DNA of 64,000 nt from Phenylobacterium aquaticum (GCF_947378715.1 NZ_CANCLE010000003.1:957-64956), one strand, 5' to 3'; shown: positions 10,950 through 21,950, counted from the stretch's first letter. Notes: generated by a model from the letters alone, not told the origin. Program-made: numbers and translations.

Positions 10950-11882
10950 ATGGCGATGGCTGAACAGCGAAACGACAAGGCCGGCAAGTCTCCGGCGTCC
11001 ACGGCCCCGCGTGAGCGGGGCGGGTGGCTGGCCAAGATCGCGCCCGGCGTGCGCAATCTGGTCTCCAAGCGTGAGACGCCCGAGAACCTGTGGGTCAAAT
11101 GTCCCGACACCGGGGAGATGATCTACCGCTCGGACCTGGAGGCGGCCCTGTGGGTCACGCCGTCGGGCAGCCATATGCGGATCGGCGCGGCGCAACGCAT
11201 GCGCTACACCTTCGATGACGGCCAGTACGAGAAGATCGCCTCGCCGGTGGTCGTCGAGGACCCGCTGAAGTTCCCGGATGACAAGCCCTATCCCGAGCGC
11301 CTCAAGGCCGCCCGCAAGGCGACCGGCGAGCAGGATTCCATGGCCATCGGCTTTGGCAAGATCCAGGGCCAGGACGCCGTGGTCGTGGTCCAGGACTTCT
11401 CCTTCATGGGCGGTTCGCTCGGCATGGGCGCCGGGGAGATCTTCATCAAGGCCGCCCAGGAAGCCGTAACCCGCGGCTGCCCCTTCGTGATCTTCACGGC
11501 CTCGGGCGGCGCGCGGATGCAGGAAGGGACTCTGTCCCTGATGCAGATGGCGCGGACGACTCTGGCCCTCAATGAGGTCAAGAGCGCCGGCCTGCCCTAT
11601 GTGGTGGTGCTGACCGATCCGACCACGGGCGGGGTCTCGGCCTCCTACGCCATGCTGGGCGACGTGCACCTGGCCGAGCCCAACGCCATGATCGCCTTCT
11701 CCGGCCGTCGCGTGATCGAGCAGACCATCCGCGAGGTCCTGCCCCCCGGCTTCCAGCGCGCCGAATTCCTGGTGGAGCGCGGCATGGTCGACCAGGTGGT
11801 GGCTCGGGCCGATATCCCCCGCGTTCTGGCCTCGATCCTGAAGACCCTGATGATGGGTCGCGCGCGCTCAAGGGCCGCCTGA
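10950..11882 (+). CDS. accD: Acetyl-CoA carboxylase carboxyltransferase beta
   Basis: LWVKCP, FMGGSLG, SGGARMQEG, PTTGGVSAS, FQRAEFL. Confidence 0.97.
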   Translation: MAMAEQRNDKAGKSPASTAPRERGGWLAKIAPGVRNLVSKRETPENLWVKCPDTGEMIYRSDLEAALWVTPSGSHMRIGAAQRMRYTFDDGQYEKIASPVVVEDPLKFPDDKPYPERLKAARKATGEQDSMAIGFGKIQGQDAVVVVQDFSFMGGSLGMGAGEIFIKAAQEAVTRGCPFVIFTASGGARMQEGTLSLMQMARTTLALNEVKSAGLPYVVVLTDPTTGGVSASYAMLGDVHLAEPNAMIAFSGRRVIEQTIREVLPPGFQRAEFLVERGMVDQVVARADIPRVLASILKTLMMGRARSRAA

Positions 11883-11909
11883 CCTTCTCCACACAACCGG
11901 CAGACCGCG

Positions 11910-13229
11910 ATGTATGACCCCATCCGCGCCTCCGACGCGGTAATGCAGCGTCTGCGCGCCAACCATCCGTCGCTGATCGACCTGACCACCGGCCGGGTCG
12001 AGCGTCTGCTGGCGGCCCTCGGCCATCCCGAGCGGCGGCTGCCGCCGGTGATTCATGTGGCGGGCACCAACGGCAAGGGCTCGACGGTCGCCTATCTGCG
12101 GGCCATCGCCGAAGCTGCGGGGCTGAAGGTCCATGCCATCACCTCGCCGCATCTGGTGCGGTTCGCCGAGCGTATCCGGGTGGCCGGGACCCTGATCACC
12201 GATGCGCGGCTGGAGGAGCTCACCGACCGGCTGGAGACCGCCAACGCCGGCCAGCCGATCAGCTTCTTCGAGATCACCACCGTGCTGGCCTTCGAGGCCT
12301 TCGCCGACACGCCCGCCGATCTCTGCATCGTCGAGGTCGGTCTGGGCGGCCGCTTCGACGCCACCAATGTGTTCGACGCCCCGGCGGTCAGCGTCATCAC
12401 CCCGGTCGACTACGACCATCTGGAGATGCTGGGTCCGGAACTGGGCAAGATCGCCTGGGAGAAGGCCGGGATCATCAAGCCGGGGCGGCCGGTGGTCTCC
12501 GCCCGCCAACTGATGGAGGCCGAGGACGTCATCCTCGCCGAGGCGGTGGCCCAGGGCGCGCCGATCACCCTGATGGGCCGCGACGCCGACGCCTGGGCCG
12601 AGCGCGGCCGGTTGATGGTGCAGGTCGGCGAACGCCATCTCGACCTGCCGGCGCCGTCGTTGTTTGGGGTGCATCAGTTCGACAACGCCGGCCTGGCGGT
12701 CGCGGCCATACTGGCGCTGAATGATCCGCGCATCGACGAGGCGGCTATCGCCCAGGGCGTCGCCTCCGCCGTCTGGCCGGCCCGTTTCCAGCGGCTGACC
12801 ACCGGGCCGCTCGGGACCATGGCCCAGGCGCGGGGCGCGGACCTGTGGCTGGACGGCGGGCACAATCCCCACGCGGGGCGAGCCCTGGCGGAATCGACAC
12901 GCCGGCTGCTGGCCCGCGATCCCCGGCCCCTGGTGCTGGTCGCCGCCATGTTCGCGCGCAAGGATTCGATGGGCTTCTTCGCGCCCTTCGCCGATCTCGA
13001 CCCTCAGGTCTTCGCCACCAGCTTCGACTCGCCCAACGCCGCGACCGCCGAGGACATCGCCCAGGCGGCGGGTCAGGCCGGATTGCGGGTTGAGGTGGTG
13101 ACCGACGTCACCGAGGGCGTGCGCCGGGCGTTGGCCCAGCCAGGTCCGCCGCCCCATGTGCTGGTCTGCGGCGGCCTGCACTTCGCCGGCGAGGTCCTGG
13201 CGCTCAGCCCCGAGACCTGGCCGACCTGA
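11910..13229 (+). CDS. folC: Folylpolyglutamate/dihydrofolate synthase
   Basis: HVAGTNGKGS, SPHL...ERI, EVGLGGRFDATN, DGGHN. Confidence 0.96.
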   Translation: MYDPIRASDAVMQRLRANHPSLIDLTTGRVERLLAALGHPERRLPPVIHVAGTNGKGSTVAYLRAIAEAAGLKVHAITSPHLVRFAERIRVAGTLITDARLEELTDRLETANAGQPISFFEITTVLAFEAFADTPADLCIVEVGLGGRFDATNVFDAPAVSVITPVDYDHLEMLGPELGKIAWEKAGIIKPGRPVVSARQLMEAEDVILAEAVAQGAPITLMGRDADAWAERGRLMVQVGERHLDLPAPSLFGVHQFDNAGLAVAAILALNDPRIDEAAIAQGVASAVWPARFQRLTTGPLGTMAQARGADLWLDGGHNPHAGRALAESTRRLLARDPRPLVLVAAMFARKDSMGFFAPFADLDPQVFATSFDSPNAATAEDIAQAAGQAGLRVEVVTDVTEGVRRALAQPGPPPHVLVCGGLHFAGEVLALSPETWPT

Positions 13230-13283
13230 CGCGCCGCCCGGCTCCAAATCAAAAACCAGAGCCGGGACGGGGTCAGGGCAGGA

Positions 13284-13607
13284 TCAGATCCCGGCTTCGT
13301 TCAGCCATTCGACGATCTTCTGCTTGGGCATGGCGCCCACCTTCATGGAGGCCATCTGGCCGTCCTTGAACAGCATCATGGTCGGGATGCCGCGCACGCC
13401 GTAGCGCGAGGGGGTGGTCGGCGATTCTTCGATGTTCAGCTTGACCACGGTGACCTGGGCGCCCAGCTCGGCGGCGATCTGTTCCAGGGCCGGGGCGATC
13501 TGCTTGCAGGGGCCGCACCATTCGGCCCAGAAGTCGACCAGCACGGGCTTGGAGGACTGCAGGACGTCCTTGTCGAAGGATTCGTCGGTAACCGCTACGG
13601 TGCTCAT
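13284..13607 (-). CDS. trxA: Thioredoxin
   Basis: DFWAEWCGPCK active site; addA-trxA synteny. Confidence 0.97.
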   Translation of the reverse strand: MSTVAVTDESFDKDVLQSSKPVLVDFWAEWCGPCKQIAPALEQIAAELGAQVTVVKLNIEESPTTPSRYGVRGIPTMMLFKDGQMASMKVGAMPKQKIVEWLNEAGI

Positions 13608-13688
13608 CAAGAAGCTCCCTTTGACGCCGATCCGCGACGCGCGGCGGGCGTGTTTCGAACCGCCATATGGGCGGCTTCCCGTCCGGTA

Positions 13689-16600
13689 TCAACCGTTACG
13701 ACCAAGCTCCGCAAGGGTTTCGGCGATGAGTAATTCTGGGATGGGCATCAGCTTGGGCCCGTCGGTCCAGACCAGGGCCGCCTCGATGCGGCGCCCCGGG
13801 AACACATCGGCCAGCACCCCGGCATAGAGCGCCATCTGCCGCAGATAGGCGGGATCGGCCGCCTCGATGCGGTCGGGGGAGGGACGGTTGGTCTTGAAAT
13901 CCGCCACCAGCACCCGGTCGGGCAGCACCACCAACCGGTCGAGCCGGCCGGAAATCGCCAGGCCAGGGGGCAGGGCCTTGGCCGTGCCGGCCACGGCGAC
14001 CTCGGCGCGGGAGCCCGGCCCGAACACCTCGGCGAAGCGGTCGTCGTTCAGCACGCCCATCGCCGCGGCGACCATCTCGTCGGCCTGGTCGGGGGCGAGG
14101 TCGGGTTCGCGGCCCAGCATGCGGCGAGCGGAAGTCTCGCGCACGGCGGACTCGAGATCGGGCAGCACCTGCAGCAGGCGGTGGATCAGTTCGCCACGTC
14201 GGAATCGGCCCAGGCCGCGCGACCGGGCGAGCGGCGAGGCGGCCGGCGCGACCGCGTCCTCCCCCAGATCTGAGGGCGAGGCGTAGCGGGCATAGGCTTC
14301 CTGGGCGGCGGGCTCCGACGTCCAGGCCGGGGCCGGAGCGGTCGCGGCGTCTGCCCCGGCGGCGGGACCCAGGGCCGTGGGGTCGGGCCCGAACCGCTGG
14401 AACTCCAGGTCACCGGAGCGGACGGCGCGCACCTGAGGGCCGACGTCGGGGTGGGCCAGGGCGTCGTTCAGGGCGCGCCACCAGCCCTGCAGCGTCTCTT
14501 CCTTGGTCCGTGACGAGACCCGGCCGCAGAGCACCAGCCGGTCGCGTGCGCGGGTCAGGGCGACATAGAGCAGGCGGAAGGCCTCCTCCTCGTCCTTCCT
14601 CACGCGCCGCGCGCGGGCGGCGGCCGCAGCGGGGCCATCGGCCTTGCCGGACGCCGACCACAGGAAACCGCCGGCCTCGGTCTCCAACAGGGGCGAACCC
14701 CGGGCGGTGCGGCTGAGCGTGGTCTCCGGCAGGAAGACGATCGGCGCCTCCAGCCCCTTGGCGCCGTGGGCGGTCATCACCCGCACCTCGTCGCGACCGG
14801 CCTCCAGCTCGCGCTTCACGGTGATGTCCAGGCTGACCAGGGCGGCGGCCAGGCTCTCCAGATCCTCGATCCCCCGCTGCTCGGCCGCCAGCACCTGGGC
14901 CAGGAATTCGTCCAGGGCGTCCTGGGCCTCGGCCCCCAGCCGGCGCAGCATCCGGGCGCGCTGGGTGCGGCCGGCCGCGTCGCGGGCGCCCAGCAGATGG
15001 GAATAGAACTCGAAGGGCCGCCGCCGCGCCGCTTCTGCCCGAGCCAGGGTCAGGAAGGCCAGGGCCGAGGCCCATTCGGGCCGCTCGGCGGCGCGCTCGG
15101 CCAGCCTGGTCCAAAGTCGGGTGTCCCCGCGCCGGAAGGCCAGGGCGTAGAGGCTGTCATCGTCCAGGTCGCAGAACGGGCTTTTCAGCAGGGCGGCCAG
15201 GGTCAGGTCGTCGTCGGGGAACTGGACGAAGCGGGCGAGCGCCAGCAGGTCGTCGAACAGGATGTGCTCGCTGAGCGCCAGGCGGTCGGCCCCGGCCACC
15301 GGAATCTCCCGGCGCTTCAGCGCCCGCAGGATCTCCTCGAACAGGGCCCGGCGGCGGCGCACCAGGATCAGCACGTCGCCGGCCTTGGCGGGGCGCCAGA
15401 CCTTGTCGTCCTTGTCGAACACCGCGTCGCCCCGGGCGATCAGGGCGGCGATCTCGCCGGCGATGCGTTCGGCGAGGCGGCGGTTGGCGGAGGTCTCGGC
15501 CACCTGGTCCAGGGGCGCGTCCCAGGCGTCGCGGTCCTCGCCGGCCACTTCGCGCTCGAGCGGCCAGAGATCGACGCAGCCGGCGTCGGCCTTGCGCATG
15601 GCCTCGTGCAGGATCGGCTCCGGGTCTCCGCCGGCGCCCAGGCGAGGCAGGATGGCGGCGGCTCGCTCGGGCGCCGCAAAGGCCGCATCGACGAACTTCA
15701 GCACCTGCGGCGTCGAGCGCCATGAGGCCAGCAGGTCCACCCGCTCGAAGCGCTGGCCGGCCCCGGCCGCGCGGTCGCGATGGTGCTCGAATTCCTGGAT
15801 CAGGATCTCCGGCGCGGCGCCCTGGAAGGAATAGATCGACTGCTTCTCGTCGCCGACCACGAACATGTTGCGGGTCAGGCCGTCCCGGGTCGGCAGGCCG
15901 TCGCCGGAGAAGAACTCGCCGGCCAGCGCTCGGACGATGGCCCACTGGTCGGGCGCGGTGTCCTGGGCCTCGTCGACCAGCATGTGGGCGATGCCGCCGT
16001 CGAGCTTGTAGAGCACCCAGGCCGCTTGCGGCCGAAGCGCCGTCAGGTCGCGGGTTTTCTCGATCAGGTCGGCGAAATCGAGACCCCCGATCGCCGCCTT
16101 CTCGAGGCGGTAGGCGGCCAGATAGGCGTCGGCGAGCGCCAGCGCATAGGCCGTGTCCCAGGCGATGCTGGCGCTGGCGGCCAGTTCGCGGGCGGCGGCC
16201 AGCCGGTCCTGCTCGGCCAGCAGGGCGTCCCGCAGGTCCTCCCGCGACTTCAGCCCCGAGGTCTTGGCGACCCAGGTGGCGGGGGTCCCGGCCAGGGTGA
16301 ACAGGGCGGAGGTCGCCGCGTCGAACCCGGCGTGGGGGTCGGCGGCCACGGCCGCGAGCTTGCCGGCGTTGGTCTGGTCCTGCTTGCCGCCCTCCGACAG
16401 CAGCTGGGCGGCCGCTCGCCACAGGGAACGATCCAGTTCGGCCATGGCCTGGGCGAGGACAGCGTCGGGGTCGCAGGGCTGGTCGAAGCCGCAAACCCGC
16501 CAGACATCGGCCACCGCGCCCGCGAAACCGCCCTGTGCCGCCAGATAGGCCGCGAGCCGTCCGCGCTGGGCCTCGAAGGCCGCGAACATCGACTGGAAGC

Positions 16601-17156
16601 TTTGATAATCCAGCGCCACCGAGAACCGGGCATAGGCCTGCGCCACCGGGCCCTCGCCCTTCAGGGCGTGCCGGGCCACGGCCTTGCGGGCGGCGGCGGC
16701 CACGGCGGCCGAGGCGGCGTCATCCATCACCCGGAAGCCCGGCGACACGCCCGCCTCCAGCGGGAAGCGCCGCAGCAGCTTCTCGCAGAAGGCGTGGATA
16801 GTCTGGATCTTCAGCCCGCCCGGGGTCTCCAGGGCGCGGGCGAACAGGGCGCGGGCGGCGGACAGCCGCTCGCGGTCATAGCTTTCGACCTCGCGACCCT
16901 CCAGCTCGGCCAGCCGGCTGCTCAGCCGGGCGTCGTCATAGACCGACCAGTCGCCGAGCAGGCCGAACAGCCGGCGCTGCATCTCGGCGGCGGCCGCCTT
17001 GGTGTAGGTCACGCACAGAATGGTCTCGGGCTCGGCCCCCGCCAGCAGCAGGCGGGCCACCCGGTCGATCAGGGTCTTGGTCTTGCCCGAGCCGGCGTTG
17101 GCGGTGACGAACACCGACAGGCCCGGATCGGCGGCGATGCGCTGCGGATCGCTCAT
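13689..17156 (-). CDS. addA: Double-strand break repair helicase/nuclease AddA
   Basis: ANAGSGKT, TIHAFC, VDEAQD, VGDEKQSIYSFQGA, HGAKGLE, YVALTRA, C-terminal PD-(D/E)xK (GRLDRL...DFKT...Q..LY); ATGA overlap with addB. Confidence 0.96.
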   Translation of the reverse strand: MSDPQRIAADPGLSVFVTANAGSGKTKTLIDRVARLLLAGAEPETILCVTYTKAAAAEMQRRLFGLLGDWSVYDDARLSSRLAELEGREVESYDRERLSAARALFARALETPGGLKIQTIHAFCEKLLRRFPLEAGVSPGFRVMDDAASAAVAAAARKAVARHALKGEGPVAQAYARFSVALDYQSFQSMFAAFEAQRGRLAAYLAAQGGFAGAVADVWRVCGFDQPCDPDAVLAQAMAELDRSLWRAAAQLLSEGGKQDQTNAGKLAAVAADPHAGFDAATSALFTLAGTPATWVAKTSGLKSREDLRDALLAEQDRLAAARELAASASIAWDTAYALALADAYLAAYRLEKAAIGGLDFADLIEKTRDLTALRPQAAWVLYKLDGGIAHMLVDEAQDTAPDQWAIVRALAGEFFSGDGLPTRDGLTRNMFVVGDEKQSIYSFQGAAPEILIQEFEHHRDRAAGAGQRFERVDLLASWRSTPQVLKFVDAAFAAPERAAAILPRLGAGGDPEPILHEAMRKADAGCVDLWPLEREVAGEDRDAWDAPLDQVAETSANRRLAERIAGEIAALIARGDAVFDKDDKVWRPAKAGDVLILVRRRRALFEEILRALKRREIPVAGADRLALSEHILFDDLLALARFVQFPDDDLTLAALLKSPFCDLDDDSLYALAFRRGDTRLWTRLAERAAERPEWASALAFLTLARAEAARRRPFEFYSHLLGARDAAGRTQRARMLRRLGAEAQDALDEFLAQVLAAEQRGIEDLESLAAALVSLDITVKRELEAGRDEVRVMTAHGAKGLEAPIVFLPETTLSRTARGSPLLETEAGGFLWSASGKADGPAAAAARARRVRKDEEEAFRLLYVALTRARDRLVLCGRVSSRTKEETLQGWWRALNDALAHPDVGPQVRAVRSGDLEFQRFGPDPTALGPAAGADAATAPAPAWTSEPAAQEAYARYASPSDLGEDAVAPAASPLARSRGLGRFRRGELIHRLLQVLPDLESAVRETSARRMLGREPDLAPDQADEMVAAAMGVLNDDRFAEVFGPGSRAEVAVAGTAKALPPGLAISGRLDRLVVLPDRVLVADFKTNRPSPDRIEAADPAYLRQMALYAGVLADVFPGRRIEAALVWTDGPKLMPIPELLIAETLAELGRNG

Positions 17157-20149
17157 TCGCTCTCCCCGTCCTCGCCGCTGGCCGACCATTCGAACACACG
17201 GGCCAGGTGGTCATAGTCGCTGGCATAGGTCTTCACGAACTGCGGGGCGGTGCGCGAGGCATAGGGCTGGTCCGGGTCGTCGAAGCGATTGATCAGGGTT
17301 GCAAGGCCTTCGAGGGCCTTGATCGCCGCCTCCTCGCTCTCCATGCCGGCCTGGGCGCGGGTCTCCACCCGTCCCGCCGGCTTGCGGCCGGTGACTTCCA
17401 GATAGGTCAGGTCGCCGGGGCTGGGGAAGCCCAGGCCCTCGAACCCCCCATGGGTGAGGATCGCCGCGGTCAGGGTCAGCTGCGGCGAGAAGCCGGTCTC
17501 GACCTGCTTCTTCGAGGGCGCAGCGCCGGTCTTGTAGTCGAGGATGTGACCAAAGCCCTTGGGGTCGATCTCGATGCGGTCGGCGGTGGCCTGGACGGTG
17601 AAGGCGCCGCCGGGCAGGGCCAGGGTGTGGCTGCCCTTGAGCTCGACATGGATGGTCCGGCCGTCGGCCCGGCGCTCACGCTCCAGGGCGGCCACCCACT
17701 CGGCGGCCTCGCCGGCCAGGGCCTGTTCGCGGGCCATGGCCTCCTCCGGCATGCCCTCGGCGCGCAGGGCTTCCAGATAGTAGTCGGCGAACCGAGCGGC
17801 GGCGTCCGGCGGCACGGCGCCGGGATGGTTCAGGGCGAAGCGTTCGAAGGCCTTGTGGATGGCCGTGCCGCGGGCCCGGGCGTCGATCGCCTCGTCCGGT
17901 CGCGGGGTCGGATAGAAGCGCAGGATGTCGCGGGCCCAGACGGCGTAGGGGTCCCGCGTCAGGGCCTCGATCCGGGTCACGGCCATCTTGCGGGGGCGGT
18001 CGGCGAGCGGCGGGGTCGGGGCAGGGCGCCTGGCGGGAGCGTAGCCGTCAGGGGCGTCCAGGGATCGGGCCCATTCGAGCATCTCGGGCCGGCCGGCGAT
18101 CTTCACATCGGCGCCGCGCGCCAGGGTCTCCAGCCGCCACAGCCAGCGGGATTTCACGGCCGGCGCGCCTTCGCGGCGTTCGGTGTGCAGCAGCACCACT
18201 TCGGCGGCGCAGGCGGCCTGGGCGAAGTCGTGGGCGGCCAGGCCGACGCGGCGCTCCGGCGGCGGCAGGCCCAGCCGGGTGCGCATGGGGCGTGACAGGA
18301 AGGGATCGATCGGCGCCCCCTGGGGCCAGACGCCTTCCTCCAGCCCGGCGACGATCAGCCGGTCGGCGCGGGTCAGGCGGGCCTCGATGGCGCCCAGGAT
18401 GCGCAGGCGCGGATGGGTGGCGCCGCCGGTGCGGACGGTCTCGCCGGCCATGAGCCGCTGGACGAGTTCGGCGAAGGCCCGGGCGGTAGTGGCGGGCAGG
18501 CCGCCGGACTCCTCGATCAGCCCAGCCAGCAGGCGGGCCAGGGCCTCGCCCTCATGGCCGGACCACAGGGCGCCGGTCGATCCGGCGGGGTCGGTCGCCA
18601 GGGCCTCCAGGGTCACGGCCAGGGCGCGGGCGGCCACGGCGGGCGGGCCTTCACCGATCCCAAGCACGGGGGTCAGGGCGGCCTTCAGGCGGTCGAGCAG
18701 GTCGCGGGAATCGGCGGGGCAGCGATCCTCCAGCTCGGTCCAGACGGTGCGCCGGGGGCCGCGCAGGACCTTGAGCTCCAGCTGGGCGCAGGCTTCTTCC
18801 ATGGCCTCGGGGGCCAGGCCCAGTCGCACCAGCGGATGCTTCAGGATGGCCAGCAGGGTCACGGGGTCGAGCGGATCGACCAGCACCCGGCCGACCAGCC
18901 CCGCCAGCACTCCGCAGGGGGCGCCGGACAGGGCTTGGCCGGCGGAGCTATCCGCGCCGACCCCCCAGCGGGCCAGCTTGGCGGCGACCCGGCGGGCGAG
19001 GTTCTGGTCAGGCGCGACCAGGGCGGCGGTGCGGCCGGGAACCTCCAGGGCCTCGCGCAGCAACAGGGCGGCGAGGGTGGCGGCCTCGTCCTCGGTGCGG
19101 GCGGTGAGGATGGACAGACCCGTCAGCCCCTCGGCGATGGGGTCGACGCCGTCGGCCTTGCCCTCCTCGCGCAGGGCGGCGATGGCGGTCAGCCAGTCGG
19201 CGGTGGCCTCGGCGGGACGCAGGGCCTCATTGATCACCCGCCGGCGCCAGCGGCCCTGGCTCTTGAAGCTCTCAGAGGTCGGCCAGGTGCGGACATCGGC
19301 GCGGGTCAGGCCGGCCCGGGTCAGGAGCCGCTTCATGGCCCCCTGAGGGTGCTGCTCTCCCACCTTGATCCAGGCGGTGTCGGCCAGAGCGTCGTCCAGC
19401 CCTGGCAACACCACGGCCCCCTGGGGCGCCTGGGCGATCACGGCCAGCAGGTCGGCGGTGGCGGGCGCCGTGCCGGTGGAGCCGGCGGCGATCAGCACGC
19501 CCCGGGGCGGATCGATTCTCCACTTGGCGGCCAGGGACCGCAGCAGGGCCACGCGGCGTGCGCTGACATCCACCAGGCCAAGTGCCGCGAGCCGGCGGGG
19601 CCATTCGTCTAAGGCCATTTCCAGGAACTCGCGGGAGATCTTCCAGTGCTCGGCCAGGTCGGCCTCGACCAGGTCGGCCAGGCCCTTGTCGGCCGAGACC
19701 TCCTCGATCTGCAGGCTGTCGAGGAAGGACCCGAGCGCGTCGGCCAGCTCCAGGGCGGCGGGGGCGTCGAGGTCGCGGCCGAGCGCGCCCTCGTGGGCCT
19801 TCACGAGCGCGATCAGCTCGAAGCGGCGGCGCAGGGGGGCGATCGCGGCCGGCAGGTCGACGGCCAGGTCGCCGGGCTCGAAGGGCGGCTCGCCCTCGTC
19901 GAGGTCGCCGAGCGGCCGGATCTGCGGCGGCAGGACGGCGCGCCCGCCGCCGGCCGCCACGAAGGCGTCGGCCAGGGACCGGGCGCCCCGCCGGGTCGGG
20001 GTGAGCACCACGGCCTGGGACAGGGCTTCGGGGCCCAGTGGGGCCAAGGCGTCATAGAGGCCTTGGGCCAGGTCCTGCACGAAGGGCCGGTGGGCCGGGA
20101 TGCTGAACCAGCGCGGGGCCGGTCCGGTCAGCAGCGGGCGCGGGCTCAC
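17153..20149 (-). CDS. addB: Double-strand break repair protein AddB
   Basis: GTG start overlapping murU stop; PTRR, AGSTGT, RDPY...RG..IH, ADRI..DYKTG, PQL nuclease motifs. Confidence 0.94.
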   Translation of the reverse strand: MSPRPLLTGPAPRWFSIPAHRPFVQDLAQGLYDALAPLGPEALSQAVVLTPTRRGARSLADAFVAAGGGRAVLPPQIRPLGDLDEGEPPFEPGDLAVDLPAAIAPLRRRFELIALVKAHEGALGRDLDAPAALELADALGSFLDSLQIEEVSADKGLADLVEADLAEHWKISREFLEMALDEWPRRLAALGLVDVSARRVALLRSLAAKWRIDPPRGVLIAAGSTGTAPATADLLAVIAQAPQGAVVLPGLDDALADTAWIKVGEQHPQGAMKRLLTRAGLTRADVRTWPTSESFKSQGRWRRRVINEALRPAEATADWLTAIAALREEGKADGVDPIAEGLTGLSILTARTEDEAATLAALLLREALEVPGRTAALVAPDQNLARRVAAKLARWGVGADSSAGQALSGAPCGVLAGLVGRVLVDPLDPVTLLAILKHPLVRLGLAPEAMEEACAQLELKVLRGPRRTVWTELEDRCPADSRDLLDRLKAALTPVLGIGEGPPAVAARALAVTLEALATDPAGSTGALWSGHEGEALARLLAGLIEESGGLPATTARAFAELVQRLMAGETVRTGGATHPRLRILGAIEARLTRADRLIVAGLEEGVWPQGAPIDPFLSRPMRTRLGLPPPERRVGLAAHDFAQAACAAEVVLLHTERREGAPAVKSRWLWRLETLARGADVKIAGRPEMLEWARSLDAPDGYAPARRPAPTPPLADRPRKMAVTRIEALTRDPYAVWARDILRFYPTPRPDEAIDARARGTAIHKAFERFALNHPGAVPPDAAARFADYYLEALRAEGMPEEAMAREQALAGEAAEWVAALERERRADGRTIHVELKGSHTLALPGGAFTVQATADRIEIDPKGFGHILDYKTGAAPSKKQVETGFSPQLTLTAAILTHGGFEGLGFPSPGDLTYLEVTGRKPAGRVETRAQAGMESEEAAIKALEGLATLINRFDDPDQPYASRTAPQFVKTYASDYDHLARVFEWSASGEDGESE

Positions 20150-20862
20150 GTCAGCCGCGCTTCCGCGGCCTCCCGCGCCTTGGGATCGCCGACGTGCAGC
20201 CAGAAGGCGTCCATGACCACGCCGAAGATGCGGCCCTCGTCCTGCAGCCGCCACCAGAGCGGCAGGATCGAGAAGGCCCCATCCGGCTGGTCGTCCAGCA
20301 GCTGCGGCTTCATGATCTGGAAGCCGATATTGGCCAGGGGGGCGGGATTGTCGTCATCGGCCATGTGGGTGATGCGGCCCTCGGCGTCCATGCGGAAGCC
20401 GCGCGGTCCCTCCAGCCCGATGCCCTGGTTGCGGGGCACCAGCAGCAGCAGCATGTCCATGCGCTCGGGATCCCAGGCCTGCTTCAGGGCCTCCAGCGGC
20501 GGGGTCTCGCCCCCGACCCACAGGGAATCGATATTGGCGATCAGGATCGGGTCGTCGCCGATCAGGTGGCGGGCGGCCTTGATGCCGCCGCCGGAGTCCA
20601 GCAGACCGGCGCGTTCGTCGGAGATCACCACCCTGGGCGCGGCGGTCCGCCGGGCGAGATGGGCCTCCATCTGGTCGGCGAAGTGGTGGACATTGACGAT
20701 GGCGGTCTCGATCCCGGCCTGGGCCAGGCGGTCCAGAACGTGGTCGATCAGCGGCTTGCCGGCCACCTCGACCAGGGCCTTGGGCCGGTCGTCGGTCAGG
20801 GGCCGCATGCGCGAGCCGATGCCGGCCGCCAGCACCATGGCGATCTTGGGGCCCGTGTTCAT
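20146..20862 (-). CDS. murU: MurNAc-alpha-1-phosphate uridylyltransferase-like nucleotidyltransferase
   Basis: AMVLAAGIGSRMRPLT..PKAL, DSGGG, WLHVG; adjacent to amgK. Confidence 0.8.
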   Translation of the reverse strand: MNTGPKIAMVLAAGIGSRMRPLTDDRPKALVEVAGKPLIDHVLDRLAQAGIETAIVNVHHFADQMEAHLARRTAAPRVVISDERAGLLDSGGGIKAARHLIGDDPILIANIDSLWVGGETPPLEALKQAWDPERMDMLLLLVPRNQGIGLEGPRGFRMDAEGRITHMADDDNPAPLANIGFQIMKPQLLDDQPDGAFSILPLWWRLQDEGRIFGVVMDAFWLHVGDPKAREAAEARLT

Positions 20863-21950
20863 TGGCGAGACGCCGCCGGAACATGGGCGTCGAACCAGGC
20901 CTTGAGTTCGACGAGCGACGGATCGGCCAGGCAGAGGTCGAGATAGCCCCAGAGTCTCGGCATGAAGGCGGCGTAGCGGGGCTTGCCGTCGCGGAACACC
21001 AGCCGGGCGAAGATGCCGAGGATGCGGCTGATATTGAGCGCGCCGAGCGCATGATAGTCGGCGAGGAAGGCGTCCCGGTCGAGGTCAGGCCGAAGGGCGA
21101 AATAGCGGTCGAGCGCGGTGGCCGCCCGGGCGGGCGTCACGTCGCGCCGCGCGTCGTGCAGCAGCATCGACATGTCCCAGGCCGGGTGGGCGCGGACGGC
21201 GTCCTGGAAATCCAGCAGGCCGACGCGGGCGGGCCCGGCGCGGTCCGGCAACCAGATCAGGTTCTCGGCGTGATAGTCCCGGTGGCAGAACACGCTGGCC
21301 CCGGCCGCGCCGCGGGCGATGATCGGCGCCCAGATCGCGTCCCATCGCGCCACCGCCTCATCCGTAAAGGCGAGCTCGGGCTTCAGCTTCGGCAGCCACT
21401 GCGGCAGCAGGTCGCCAGCGGTCTTCAGGGCCACGGCGTCATAGTCGAGCAGCGGCCAGGCCAGGCCGTCATGCTCCAGCACCGGCGGCGGGCTGGCTGC
21501 ATGCAGGCGGACCAGGGCCTGGATGGCGGCGTCATAGAGCGGGCCCTCGTCCTGGCCGTCCTGGATCAGGTTGGCGAACAGGCCGTCGCCCAGGTCCTCC
21601 AGCACCGCCAGGCCGTTGGCGGCGTCCTGGGCGATGATGGCCGGCGCCGACAGCCCCTGCGCCTTCAGCCAGGCGGCGACGGTGACGAAGGCGTCGACCC
21701 GACCGGCGGCGAGGCGGGCCAACGCATTATAGCCGGCGGCCTGGCGTTGGGCCGGGGTCATGCCCGGCGTGCAGGGAGAGGTCTCGGCGCTGGGCGGCTG
21801 GTCCATGAAGATCAGGCTGGGGCCGGCGGCGGGGTGCAGGCGTTCATAGGCCCGGGTCGAGGCGTCGCCGGCCAGGGGCTGGCGGCGCGCCTCGGCCAGG
21901 CCGTGGGCGGCCAGGAACTCGGCCTTCAGGGTCTCACGATCCGAACTCAA
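20859..21950 (-). CDS. amgK: Anomeric MurNAc/GlcNAc kinase (APH-like phosphotransferase)
   Basis: LAGDASTRAYER, LEDLGD, HRDYHAENL, LDFQDA, LGIFARL; TTG at 21950 has a GGAGG RBS (alternative start 21968). Confidence 0.82.
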   Translation of the reverse strand: MSSDRETLKAEFLAAHGLAEARRQPLAGDASTRAYERLHPAAGPSLIFMDQPPSAETSPCTPGMTPAQRQAAGYNALARLAAGRVDAFVTVAAWLKAQGLSAPAIIAQDAANGLAVLEDLGDGLFANLIQDGQDEGPLYDAAIQALVRLHAASPPPVLEHDGLAWPLLDYDAVALKTAGDLLPQWLPKLKPELAFTDEAVARWDAIWAPIIARGAAGASVFCHRDYHAENLIWLPDRAGPARVGLLDFQDAVRAHPAWDMSMLLHDARRDVTPARAATALDRYFALRPDLDRDAFLADYHALGALNISRILGIFARLVFRDGKPRYAAFMPRLWGYLDLCLADPSLVELKAWFDAHVPAASRQ